Of a DNA stretch of 64,000 bases, positions 19,174 to 27,423 are shown piece by piece. Where the stretch lies: the IMG/VR virus record IMGVR_UViG_3300034101_004323, positions 1-64,000 of that record; one strand, given 5' to 3'. The notes below the pieces were generated by a model that saw nothing but the letters and a program-made list of their open reading frames with translations, was not told the DNA's origin and made no database searches. The translations under genes and the position numbers were made by a program. Source of the stretch: a virus. Each line of letters starts with the position of its first letter. The first letter of the stretch is position 1.

Positions 19174-19577
19174 AAATTATAGATTTGGATGGAAACATCC
19201 ATAATTGGCACTTGACAGGTCATATAGCAAAGGGTAAACTAACCAATAAGTCTTCTTTCCATTTGATGGCGAGAAAACTAATAATAGATACTTTTCCAAC
19301 TTTACAAATCTTGGAAGAAGTTTCTATACCTTTAAGAAAATCTGAAACGCTGTATCTTGACTTTTACTTACCTCTTGCTAAACTATGCATAGAAGTACAT
19401 GGAGAACAGCATTTTAAATTTGTTCCATTTTATCACAACAATATTTTAAACTTTTTGAAATCTCAAAAAAGAGATAAAGAGAAAACAGAATGGTGTGAAA
19501 AAAATAATATTAGGCAAATAGTGTTAGCACACAATGAATCTGAATCAGAATGGAAAGAAAAACTAAAATATGAATAA
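19170..19577 (+). CDS. PD-(D/E)xK endonuclease (DUF559/Vsr-like)
   Basis: LYLDFYLP...IEVHGEQH...RDKEK..WC. Confidence 0.75.
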   Translation: MKIIDLDGNIHNWHLTGHIAKGKLTNKSSFHLMARKLIIDTFPTLQILEEVSIPLRKSETLYLDFYLPLAKLCIEVHGEQHFKFVPFYHNNILNFLKSQKRDKEKTEWCEKNNIRQIVLAHNESESEWKEKLKYE

Positions 19578-20061
19578 AACAACACAAGAAGAAATACAGT
19601 ATTGGGATAAAATATTAGATGACTATGAAAAAACACTGTCTCTTCCAGAATACTCTTCAGGCTGCTCAGTTCCTGAAGCAGAAATAAATAACTATCTTAG
19701 TATGTCTAGGGATCAAATAGAGAAATTAAATCCAGAAGATTGTGCTCAAATTTCATATAGACTATCTCAATTCGGTTTTTATTTACAGCGTAGTTTGAAT
19801 AGAGAAATAGCCAGATTTAACTGGGCAGAAGAGAGCATTAAAGAAACAATAGCAGATGAAATAAATAGTTATAAAGGATATGGTTATTTAGAAAAATCTT
19901 TACAGGCTATTAAGCATAATGATAGGGCATCAAATCTGTATAAAATTAAAAAATATGCCCAACAAAGAATGGACAGATTAAGTTATTTGGCTAATAATAT
20001 TAAAAATTTATCAGATATACTTCTTTCTATACAAAGAACCAAGGTGAAACATGCCTCTTGA
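19570..20061 (+). CDS. Hypothetical coiled-coil protein (possibly a recombination mediator)
   Basis: Helical 163-aa ORF between recA and dnaB; function is inference only. Confidence 0.55.
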   Translation: MNKTTQEEIQYWDKILDDYEKTLSLPEYSSGCSVPEAEINNYLSMSRDQIEKLNPEDCAQISYRLSQFGFYLQRSLNREIARFNWAEESIKETIADEINSYKGYGYLEKSLQAIKHNDRASNLYKIKKYAQQRMDRLSYLANNIKNLSDILLSIQRTKVKHAS

Positions 20062-20458
20062 TAATGACGACATAAAACAACTCATAGCAATTTTACAAAA
20101 GGGTCTATCATCAGACTCAGAGGAGAATGAATCTGTTGCTGAGACAGTAGAGAAACCTAGACGTAAAAGAGGAAAGATCCCACAGATAAATACTGCTCCA
20201 CTAAAATCGACTACTCGTAATAAAAAATCAGAATCTTCAAACAGATTTGACTTAATGATGGAGAAAAACCTTCATAAGGAAGATCTTGAAGTAGATAAAT
20301 TATTATCAAAATATCCACCAACAATAAGATCAAGGGAATTTACTCCTGTCGAAGTAAAATGTAGAGTATGTGGAACAGAAGATAGTATTAATCCAGCATT
20401 AATGAATGACGCCCCAAATAGATATAAATGTAACAGATGTTCAAAGGAGCCGGGATAA
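20051..20458 (+). CDS. Hypothetical protein with C-terminal zinc ribbon
   Basis: CRVC...CNRC. Confidence 0.7.
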   Translation: MPLDNDDIKQLIAILQKGLSSDSEENESVAETVEKPRRKRGKIPQINTAPLKSTTRNKKSESSNRFDLMMEKNLHKEDLEVDKLLSKYPPTIRSREFTPVEVKCRVCGTEDSINPALMNDAPNRYKCNRCSKEPG

Positions 20459-21915
20459 TGGTTTTGTGTGATCCATCAGCAGAAAGAGCTGTTCTGAGTT
20501 GCATTATGCAACACGGTGAAAAAGCTTATTATGAAATTAACGATATTATAAATGAATCCTGTTTTACTATAGATAGTAATCAACTTATTTATAGCTGTAT
20601 TAAACATATATTTTCCAATGGTCAGGTTAGTACTCTTGACATAGCATCAATATATTCTGCCTCTCAAGATTTGGGTTTCTCTCATATCTTTAGCAAAAAA
20701 GAAGAGGCTCAACATTTAAAGGCTATTTTAGATTTTCCAGCAAATATAGCGAATATAAATCAATTTGCAACCAAAATCAAAAAACTAGATATAGCAAGAT
20801 CCTTACATAAAGAGCTAGAAGCAGCACAAGAAAAATTATTAGATGTTACTGGTTCAGAACCTATATCGTCAATATTATCTATAGCAGAAGATACTCTGTT
20901 AGACTTTGGCTCTCACTTGTCTAATGATAATGAGCCGAAATCCATTGGCGATGATATAGATAATTATATCGAATACTTAAAAAGCAATCCGGTTGATCAG
21001 CTTGGCATATCAACAGGGTTTCCCATATATGACCATGCTATTGGTGGAGGTTTTAGAAAAGGAACCGTAAATGTTATTGCAGCAAGACCAAAGGTAGGAA
21101 AAACATTATTGGCAGATAATATAGGATTTTTTATAGCAAATAAATTAGGTATTCCTGTATTAAATATGGATACAGAAATGAGTACTAAGGACCATATTCA
21201 TAGAATATTGGCTATGATGACAGAGACAGAAATTAATAGTATAGAAACAGGCAAATTTGCTGCTACTCCAGCAACCAATAAAAAAATAAACGATGCCACA
21301 GAATCTCTGAAAAATACAAAATTATATTATAAGTCAATTGCCGGTAAGCCTTTTGATGAACAACTAAGTATAATGAGAAGATGGTTGTGTAAAGATGTCG
21401 GACTGAATCCAGATGGAACAGCAAAGGATTGTGTTATTGTATATGATTATTTAAAACTAATGGATAGTGCTGGAATTAGTCAAGACTTAAAGGAATATCA
21501 GATTCTAGGTTTTATGATGACAGCATTACACAATTTTGCTGTTAAATATCAAGTACCTATCTTAAGTTTTATACAATTAAATAGAGATGGTATTAGTAAA
21601 GAAAGCACAGACACGGCATCTGGATCAGATAGAATTATTTGGTTATGTAGTAATTTTTCTATATTCAAAAGAAAATCAGATGAAGAGATGGCTGAGGACT
21701 CTGGTAAAAGTGGGAATAGAAAACTTATTCCTTTAATATCCAGACACGGTGGATGTCTAGACGATAATGATTATATTAATTTTGGCCTCAAAGGATGGTG
21801 TGCAAAAATCACAGAGGGCCAAACAAAACTAGAAATATCTAATGGTATTAAAAATCAAAAAGACGGATTTATCGTAAATGAAGACAACAATGAAGAAGAA
21901 ATCAGTTTCGTATAA
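20458..21915 (+). CDS. dnaB: Replicative DNA helicase
   Basis: AERAVL, GISTGF, AARPKVGKT, DTEM, VYDYL, QLNR; start at ATG 20458 after AAGGAG. Confidence 0.92.
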   Translation: MVLCDPSAERAVLSCIMQHGEKAYYEINDIINESCFTIDSNQLIYSCIKHIFSNGQVSTLDIASIYSASQDLGFSHIFSKKEEAQHLKAILDFPANIANINQFATKIKKLDIARSLHKELEAAQEKLLDVTGSEPISSILSIAEDTLLDFGSHLSNDNEPKSIGDDIDNYIEYLKSNPVDQLGISTGFPIYDHAIGGGFRKGTVNVIAARPKVGKTLLADNIGFFIANKLGIPVLNMDTEMSTKDHIHRILAMMTETEINSIETGKFAATPATNKKINDATESLKNTKLYYKSIAGKPFDEQLSIMRRWLCKDVGLNPDGTAKDCVIVYDYLKLMDSAGISQDLKEYQILGFMMTALHNFAVKYQVPILSFIQLNRDGISKESTDTASGSDRIIWLCSNFSIFKRKSDEEMAEDSGKSGNRKLIPLISRHGGCLDDNDYINFGLKGWCAKITEGQTKLEISNGIKNQKDGFIVNEDNNEEEISFV

Positions 21916-23038
21916 TCAGCATAAATTAAAACTATTATCAGATAAGCTATGCGATAATATAGAATCTTTATTAGATTATTTTGGTATAGAATACAAGAGG
22001 TTATCTAAGATGATAACTATGAGTTGTCCTATACATGGTGGAGACAATTCATCCGCATTAAATCTATATCCAGAAGGCGATACATATAGAGGTAACTGGA
22101 AATGCAGAACACATAATTGTGAAGAAGTATTTAAATCTTCAATTATTGGATTTATTAGAGGCATAATATCTCACAATAACCATAATTGGATTAAAAATGG
22201 AGACACAGTATGCTCTTTTGACGAGGCACTGCAATTTGCACAAAATTTTATAAAACAAAACTTATCAGATATAAAAATAGACAAGAAAACGATAGAAAAA
22301 AGTAGTTTTGTCAATACTATTAATTATATCAATATTAAACAAAATAATAATCAATCAAGAGTAACAAAACAACAGATTAGAAAATCTCTAACTATTCCAT
22401 CACAATATTTTATTGATAGGGGATTCTCTGAAAATATATTAAATAAATATGATGTTGGAGATTGCACAACAAGCAATAAGGAAATGTCAAGTCGAGCCGT
22501 AGTACCAGTATATGATATTGACTATAAATATATGGTTGGTTGTACTGGAAGAAGCGTACATGAAAAATGCGAACAATGCTCATGCTTCCATGACAGTTCG
22601 GTATCCTGTCCAAAAGATGAATATTCTTGGCTAATGTCAAAATGGAGACATAATAAAGATTTTAAAACACAAGAATATTTATACAATTATTGGTTCGCAA
22701 AAGATTTTATTAAAAAAACTGGATGCGCTATTATTGTAGAGAGTCCAGGTAATGTTTGGAGACTAGAAGAATCAGGAATACATAATTCTGTCGCTATTTT
22801 TGGCTGCTCGTTATCTGATAAACAGAAAATGTTATTAGATATTTCTGGAGCTTTGACACTAATTCTTATTATGGATAATGACGATGCTGGTAAAAAAGCA
22901 ACAGATGCCATGATAAAAAAATGTCAAAAAATATATAATATCCATAATATAACGATAAAAAAAGAAGACATAGCCTCGATGAGTATTGATGAGATCAGAC
23001 AAGAAATATTACCCGAATTAGAAAAATTATCCTTATGA
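21878..23038 (+). CDS. dnaG: DNA primase (CHC2 zinc finger + TOPRIM)
   Basis: CPIH...C...C; IIVESPGNV; MDNDDAG. Confidence 0.85.
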   Translation: MKTTMKKKSVSYNQHKLKLLSDKLCDNIESLLDYFGIEYKRLSKMITMSCPIHGGDNSSALNLYPEGDTYRGNWKCRTHNCEEVFKSSIIGFIRGIISHNNHNWIKNGDTVCSFDEALQFAQNFIKQNLSDIKIDKKTIEKSSFVNTINYINIKQNNNQSRVTKQQIRKSLTIPSQYFIDRGFSENILNKYDVGDCTTSNKEMSSRAVVPVYDIDYKYMVGCTGRSVHEKCEQCSCFHDSSVSCPKDEYSWLMSKWRHNKDFKTQEYLYNYWFAKDFIKKTGCAIIVESPGNVWRLEESGIHNSVAIFGCSLSDKQKMLLDISGALTLILIMDNDDAGKKATDAMIKKCQKIYNIHNITIKKEDIASMSIDEIRQEILPELEKLSL

Positions 23039-23625
23039 CAAAAATAATAGCATTCGCAGGAAGAAAACAATCAGGAAAAACAACATGCTCCGAATTTGTA
23101 GCTAATTGTTATGCTGGTTCTTTGTTAGGAACGCCACAAATATATAACTTTGCAGATCCATTAAAAAAAGATATATGTATGAATATTTTAGGCTTATCAT
23201 ATGACCAATGCTATGGTAGTGATGAAAATAAAAATACATTTACAGATTGTTATTGGCAAGATACTAGACTAACCGCACGAGAGGTTATGCAATTTGTTGG
23301 TACAGATCTGTTTCGTAAAATGAAAAATAATGTTTGGGCATCGGCTACAATTAATAAAATTAAATTAGAACAACCAAAATTAGCTATTATTGCCGATTGT
23401 AGATTTCCTAATGAAGTTGAAGCAATTCAAAATGCTGGAGGATTAGTAATAAAATTGACACGAAATCCATATGGTTCTGATCACGATAGTGAAACAGCAT
23501 TAGATCCTGAAAGATATTCTACTGAAAATTTTGATCTTATTATTGAAAATACTCATATGACTATTGGAGAACAAAATAAACTTATACATCAATATCTTAT
23601 GGATAAAGGAATACTCTCATTATAA
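23035..23625 (+). CDS. Deoxynucleoside monophosphate kinase (T4 gp1-like)
   Basis: GRKQSGKTT, FADPLK, REVMQFVGT, DCRFPNE, HDSE. Confidence 0.9.
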   Translation: MTKIIAFAGRKQSGKTTCSEFVANCYAGSLLGTPQIYNFADPLKKDICMNILGLSYDQCYGSDENKNTFTDCYWQDTRLTAREVMQFVGTDLFRKMKNNVWASATINKIKLEQPKLAIIADCRFPNEVEAIQNAGGLVIKLTRNPYGSDHDSETALDPERYSTENFDLIIENTHMTIGEQNKLIHQYLMDKGILSL

Positions 23626-24671
23626 TAACATATTTTAGGTCTTCAAGCTTTAATGCTCATTCAATGTGTGAGCAACAGTATTTTATAGAATACGTTCTTG
23701 GATGGAGAGGTCCGTCTGGACAAAAAGCAGATAAAGGAACGATAGTTCATAAAGTATTAGAAATTTTAGCTGTTATTAAAAAAGCAGAACAAGATAATCA
23801 ATTAACTATAAATGATGATATAGCAGGCATTATAGACATTACTAATTATGATTTAGACAATATTATTGATTTAATATACAATCATTACTCGTTATCTGCA
23901 AAACATCATAAATGGAGTCCAAAAGATAAAAAGGACTGTAGTGAGTGGGTATATAAAGCTATTAAATTCAATGATGGTATGTTTGATCCAAGAAATAGAA
24001 AAATTCTTGAACCAGAACAGCACTTTGACTTTACTATAAATAAGTCGTGGTCAAAATACTCGTTCAAGACTGATGATGGTATAATATCTGGTAATCTTGC
24101 CTTAAAAGGTACAATAGACCTAATCACTCTTGTTAATGATAATACTATAGAAATAATTGACTGGAAAACAGGCAGAAGACTAGATTGGGCCACAGGTCAA
24201 GAAAAAACTCAAGAAAAACTAGAAAATGATCCGCAGTTAAGAATATATCATTATGCTATTAGTCAGCTATATCCAAATATAGATCATATTATATTTTCAA
24301 TATATTTTATAAATGATGGTGGTCCATTTTCAATATGTTTTGACAAGAGTGATCTTCAAAAAACAGAAGATATGTTAAGACAAAAATTTGAAATTATAAA
24401 ATCGTCAAAAAAACCAAAATTACATAAAAGTTGGATGTGTAATAAACTATGTCATTTTGGTAAAACAAATTTTTCTGATTCTAATATTTTACCAATTTTA
24501 GAATATAGAGATAGTCAAACATGTAAGCAGGGCGAGTTTATGACAAAATGCGAACAAATCAAACACGATTTAGAGTTGCATGGCATGGATTCTGTGGTAC
24601 AATCATACAAACACCCAAATCATTCGTTTGGTAAATATAAGGCTCCAGGAAGCATAGAGGAGAATAAATGA
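23619..24671 (+). CDS. Cas4/AddB-like PD-(D/E)xK nuclease; probable ATT start
   Basis: RSSSFNAHSMCEQQY, GTIVH, KGTIDLI, IIDWKTG, QLRIY, C-terminal Cys cluster. The frame extends 15 codons upstream of ATG 23664 to an ATT located 8 nt after AAGGA. Confidence 0.8.
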   Translation: MIITYFRSSSFNAHSMCEQQYFIEYVLGWRGPSGQKADKGTIVHKVLEILAVIKKAEQDNQLTINDDIAGIIDITNYDLDNIIDLIYNHYSLSAKHHKWSPKDKKDCSEWVYKAIKFNDGMFDPRNRKILEPEQHFDFTINKSWSKYSFKTDDGIISGNLALKGTIDLITLVNDNTIEIIDWKTGRRLDWATGQEKTQEKLENDPQLRIYHYAISQLYPNIDHIIFSIYFINDGGPFSICFDKSDLQKTEDMLRQKFEIIKSSKKPKLHKSWMCNKLCHFGKTNFSDSNILPILEYRDSQTCKQGEFMTKCEQIKHDLELHGMDSVVQSYKHPNHSFGKYKAPGSIEENK

Positions 24672-24715
24672 TGGACGTGATTAAGGAATATGCCCCTTTA
24701 CACGTCCATTCCTAA
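24668..24715 (+). CDS. dnaE: N-terminal 15 codons of DnaE (MMDVIKEYAPLHVHS*), in frame with the main dnaE ORF
   Basis: GAGGAG SD plus ATGA coupling; encodes the HxH of the PHP motif, then TAA. Confidence 0.8.
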   Translation: MMDVIKEYAPLHVHS

Positions 24716-24733
24716 GTGACTCATTATTCACTT
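24671..24733 (+). promoter_or_regulatory. RNA hairpins flanking the in-frame dnaE stop (candidate recoding signal)
   Basis: ATGGACGTG (24671-79)/CACGTCCAT (24701-09) is a perfect 9-bp inverted repeat; AAGTGA (24714-19)/TCACTT (24728-33) is a 6-bp stem over the stop and GTG. Confidence 0.6.
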
Positions 24734-26548
24734 TTGGATGGGCTCAGTAAACCAGAACAAATAGCTAAAAGATGCCAAAAAATTGGATCTAAGATTTGTG
24801 CTATAACAGATCATGGAACAATATCTGGCGCTGTACAGTTCTATTCGTCTATGAAAAAATATGGTATCAAACCGATATTAGGTTGTGAGCTATATTTATC
24901 TGATAATGATTGTACAATCAAAACTCCTGATAATGCTAAATTAAGCCATTTTATAGTTCTGGCTAAAAACTATAATGGATGGAAATCTTTAATCAAAATT
25001 ATTTCCAGGTCTAATAATCCTGATATTTTTTATCATAAACCAAGAATAGATATAGATACTTTATTGCCATACTTAGATGGTAATATTATAGGTTTTGCTG
25101 GTCATCTTGGATCATTAGTTGCAAATAGCATAAAAAACAATGACTCTAATACTACTATTAATCTTATTCAAAAGTTGAAAGACGGATTTGGAGAAAATAA
25201 TTTTTTTCTAGAAGCTCAATTAATAGACCAAGAACAAAATAAAGATCAAATTGATCTTACAAAAGAAATTAGAAGATTAGCACAAATAACAAATACTAGA
25301 GTAATAGCCACACCAGATGCTCATTATTGTGAATCTGAAGACGCTGTTGATCAGAGGATTCTACTGTGTAATAATCTTAAGACAACATTAACAGATATTA
25401 ATAGAAAACTTATATCTGATGAAGATACTCCTATGTCTTGTTTTTTTAAATCTGATAAGTATCATATTCCTTCTTTTGAAGAAATGAGCGAAATACATAA
25501 TCATAATGAATTAGAAGCAACATTAGAATTAGCTTCTATGTGTGAAGACTATGATATAACCAACAAACCAATGTTGCCATTATTTCAATGTCCAAATAAT
25601 GATAATCCGGACGAATATCTTAGACAGTTATGTAGGAATGGCTGGAAAGATAAAATAGCAAATATTATAGATCAAGATAAACAAGAAGAATACGTTAATA
25701 GAATCAAATACGAACTGTCTGTTTTACAAGGGGCTGGTCTGTCTAGCTACTTTTTAATAGTGCAGGACATAGTTAATTATGTATCGTCTAATGGGTGGTT
25801 ACCAGGACCAGGAAGAGGTAGTGCGGCCGGTTGTCTGGTCTCATATTTGATAGGAATAACTAGTATAGATCCCATCAAAAATGATCTAATATTTGAAAGA
25901 TTCTATAATGCAGGAAGAAATACACAGGATCGAGTGTCCATGCCAGATATAGATGTTGACGTTCCTATTAATAAGAGAGAAGCTGTTGTCGAATATATTA
26001 AAGATAAGTATGGTCATGATAAAGTCTCTCAGATGATAACATACAATACTATGAAAGGGAGAGGAGCACTTAAAGAGGTATTGAGAGTATATGGTAATAT
26101 ATCTTTCGACGAAATGAATAAAATAACAAAGTACATACCCGATGAAGCAAAGATAGCCGATGAATTGCAAGAAATGAAAGAAGAAACAGGAGAGGCTTCT
26201 ATTATACGCTGGGCTTTAGAGAATAATGTTGACAAACTCAAGGAATGGTGTTATTTATTAGATGATGGAACTCTATCCGGACCCCTCGCTAAAAGATTTG
26301 AGCAGGCTATTCGTTTAGAGGGCACTAAGTCTAACCAATCAAAACACGCTGCTGGTGTTGTAATATCTCAAGAAAAATTATCAGAAATATGCCCAATGGT
26401 TTACGATAGTAAAAATAAACAATTAATAGCTGGTATGGAAATGCAAGATCTTGAATCTTTAGGTGTAATCAAATTTGATATTCTTGGAATAGCAATGTTA
26501 GATAAAATCATGAATATTTCTCAAATATTATCATTAGAAGGAGTTTAA
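24716..26548 (+). CDS. dnaE: DNA polymerase III alpha, N-terminal gene (PHP + palm/thumb)
   Basis: HYSLLDG, ITDHG, GCE, DAHY, GRGSAAG, FERF, MPDIDVD, KHAAGVVI, KFDILG. Confidence 0.95.
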   Translation: MTHYSLLDGLSKPEQIAKRCQKIGSKICAITDHGTISGAVQFYSSMKKYGIKPILGCELYLSDNDCTIKTPDNAKLSHFIVLAKNYNGWKSLIKIISRSNNPDIFYHKPRIDIDTLLPYLDGNIIGFAGHLGSLVANSIKNNDSNTTINLIQKLKDGFGENNFFLEAQLIDQEQNKDQIDLTKEIRRLAQITNTRVIATPDAHYCESEDAVDQRILLCNNLKTTLTDINRKLISDEDTPMSCFFKSDKYHIPSFEEMSEIHNHNELEATLELASMCEDYDITNKPMLPLFQCPNNDNPDEYLRQLCRNGWKDKIANIIDQDKQEEYVNRIKYELSVLQGAGLSSYFLIVQDIVNYVSSNGWLPGPGRGSAAGCLVSYLIGITSIDPIKNDLIFERFYNAGRNTQDRVSMPDIDVDVPINKREAVVEYIKDKYGHDKVSQMITYNTMKGRGALKEVLRVYGNISFDEMNKITKYIPDEAKIADELQEMKEETGEASIIRWALENNVDKLKEWCYLLDDGTLSGPLAKRFEQAIRLEGTKSNQSKHAAGVVISQEKLSEICPMVYDSKNKQLIAGMEMQDLESLGVIKFDILGIAMLDKIMNISQILSLEGV

Positions 26549-26549
26549 T

Positions 26550-26729
26550 ATGAATAAAGTATTTTCTGAATTAGCAGTCGGTGAAAGATTCAATTTAAAT
26601 GGCGTCGATTATATAAAGATACAAGAAGTCAGAGTTAGTTGTTGCAGATCTATAAATGCTCAGGATGCAAATAATCCAGCAACCAAAACATTTGTCCAAG
26701 CTTCAACAACGGTAACTATTAATGCCTAA
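26550..26729 (+). CDS. 59-aa hypothetical protein within the split dnaE locus
   Basis: GAAGGAG SD; MNKVFSELAVGERFNLNGVDYIKIQEVRVSCCRSINA...; overlaps the dnaQ start; below ORF-track cutoff. Confidence 0.7.
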   Translation: MNKVFSELAVGERFNLNGVDYIKIQEVRVSCCRSINAQDANNPATKTFVQASTTVTINA

Positions 26730-27423
26730 TTTTCAAAAAATCTGTGTTTTCGACATGGAAACGGACGGGATTAACCCGGATGTTTGCAGTCCAGTACAAA
26801 TCGCTGCTGTTGTTATTGATCCAATAAAATTAGAAATAGTCAAAGATTCAGAATTTAATATAAATCTCAAGCCAGAACTTTTAGAAAATAATACAAGTTA
26901 TGCCTATGAGGACAGTGATGTTTTGGATTTTCATTCCAAAGTTAGAGGATGTTCTAAAGCAGCAATCCTTGACTCATGGAAAAAATACCAGTCACAAGAG
27001 GCTGGCTGGAAAATGTTTGTCTCTTATCTTGAAATGTATCACATTAAATCAAAGGGAAATAAAAAATCCTGCTTTTCTGCACCAATTGCTGCTGGATTTA
27101 ATATTAATAGATTTGATTTGCGTATTATAGAAAGATTAAGTAAAAAACATAATAATCTTAATAAAGAAGGAAGATCTTCTTTATTCTATCCAAGAGATGT
27201 TATTGATGTTATGAACTTATTATTTTATTGGTTCGAATACAATAATGAGTTAAAAAACTATACATTAGATAATCTAAGAGACTATCTTGGCATAAATAAA
27301 GACAATGCTCACGATGCACTAAAGGACGTAAAAGATACAGCAGACATTATGACTAGATTTTTAAAACTACATAGAAGCCTATCTAATAAGGTTAAATTCA
27401 AAGGATCTTTTATAAATGCCTAA
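26722..27423 (+). CDS. dnaQ: DEDDh 3'-5' exonuclease (DnaQ/epsilon-like)
   Basis: FDMETDG, AGFNINRFD, HDALKD. Confidence 0.85.
   Translation: MPNFQKICVFDMETDGINPDVCSPVQIAAVVIDPIKLEIVKDSEFNINLKPELLENNTSYAYEDSDVLDFHSKVRGCSKAAILDSWKKYQSQEAGWKMFVSYLEMYHIKSKGNKKSCFSAPIAAGFNINRFDLRIIERLSKKHNNLNKEGRSSLFYPRDVIDVMNLLFYWFEYNNELKNYTLDNLRDYLGINKDNAHDALKDVKDTADIMTRFLKLHRSLSNKVKFKGSFINA

Noticed and set aside
23619-24671. Cas4 as evidence of a CRISPR-Cas system
   Set aside because: No array or other cas genes; stand-alone Cas4/AddB-like nucleases are common in phage replication modules.
24713-24715. Genome-wide stop-codon reassignment
   Set aside because: TAA, TGA and TAG all terminate well-recognised genes, and other ORFs are full length under the standard code; the interruption is local.
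24690-24719. Alternative-frame mini-ORF ATG CCC CTT...TGA (MPLYTSIPK*)
   Set aside because: SD-like AAGGA is only about 2 nt from the ATG and the peptide has no motif; the in-frame HVHS reading explains the region better.
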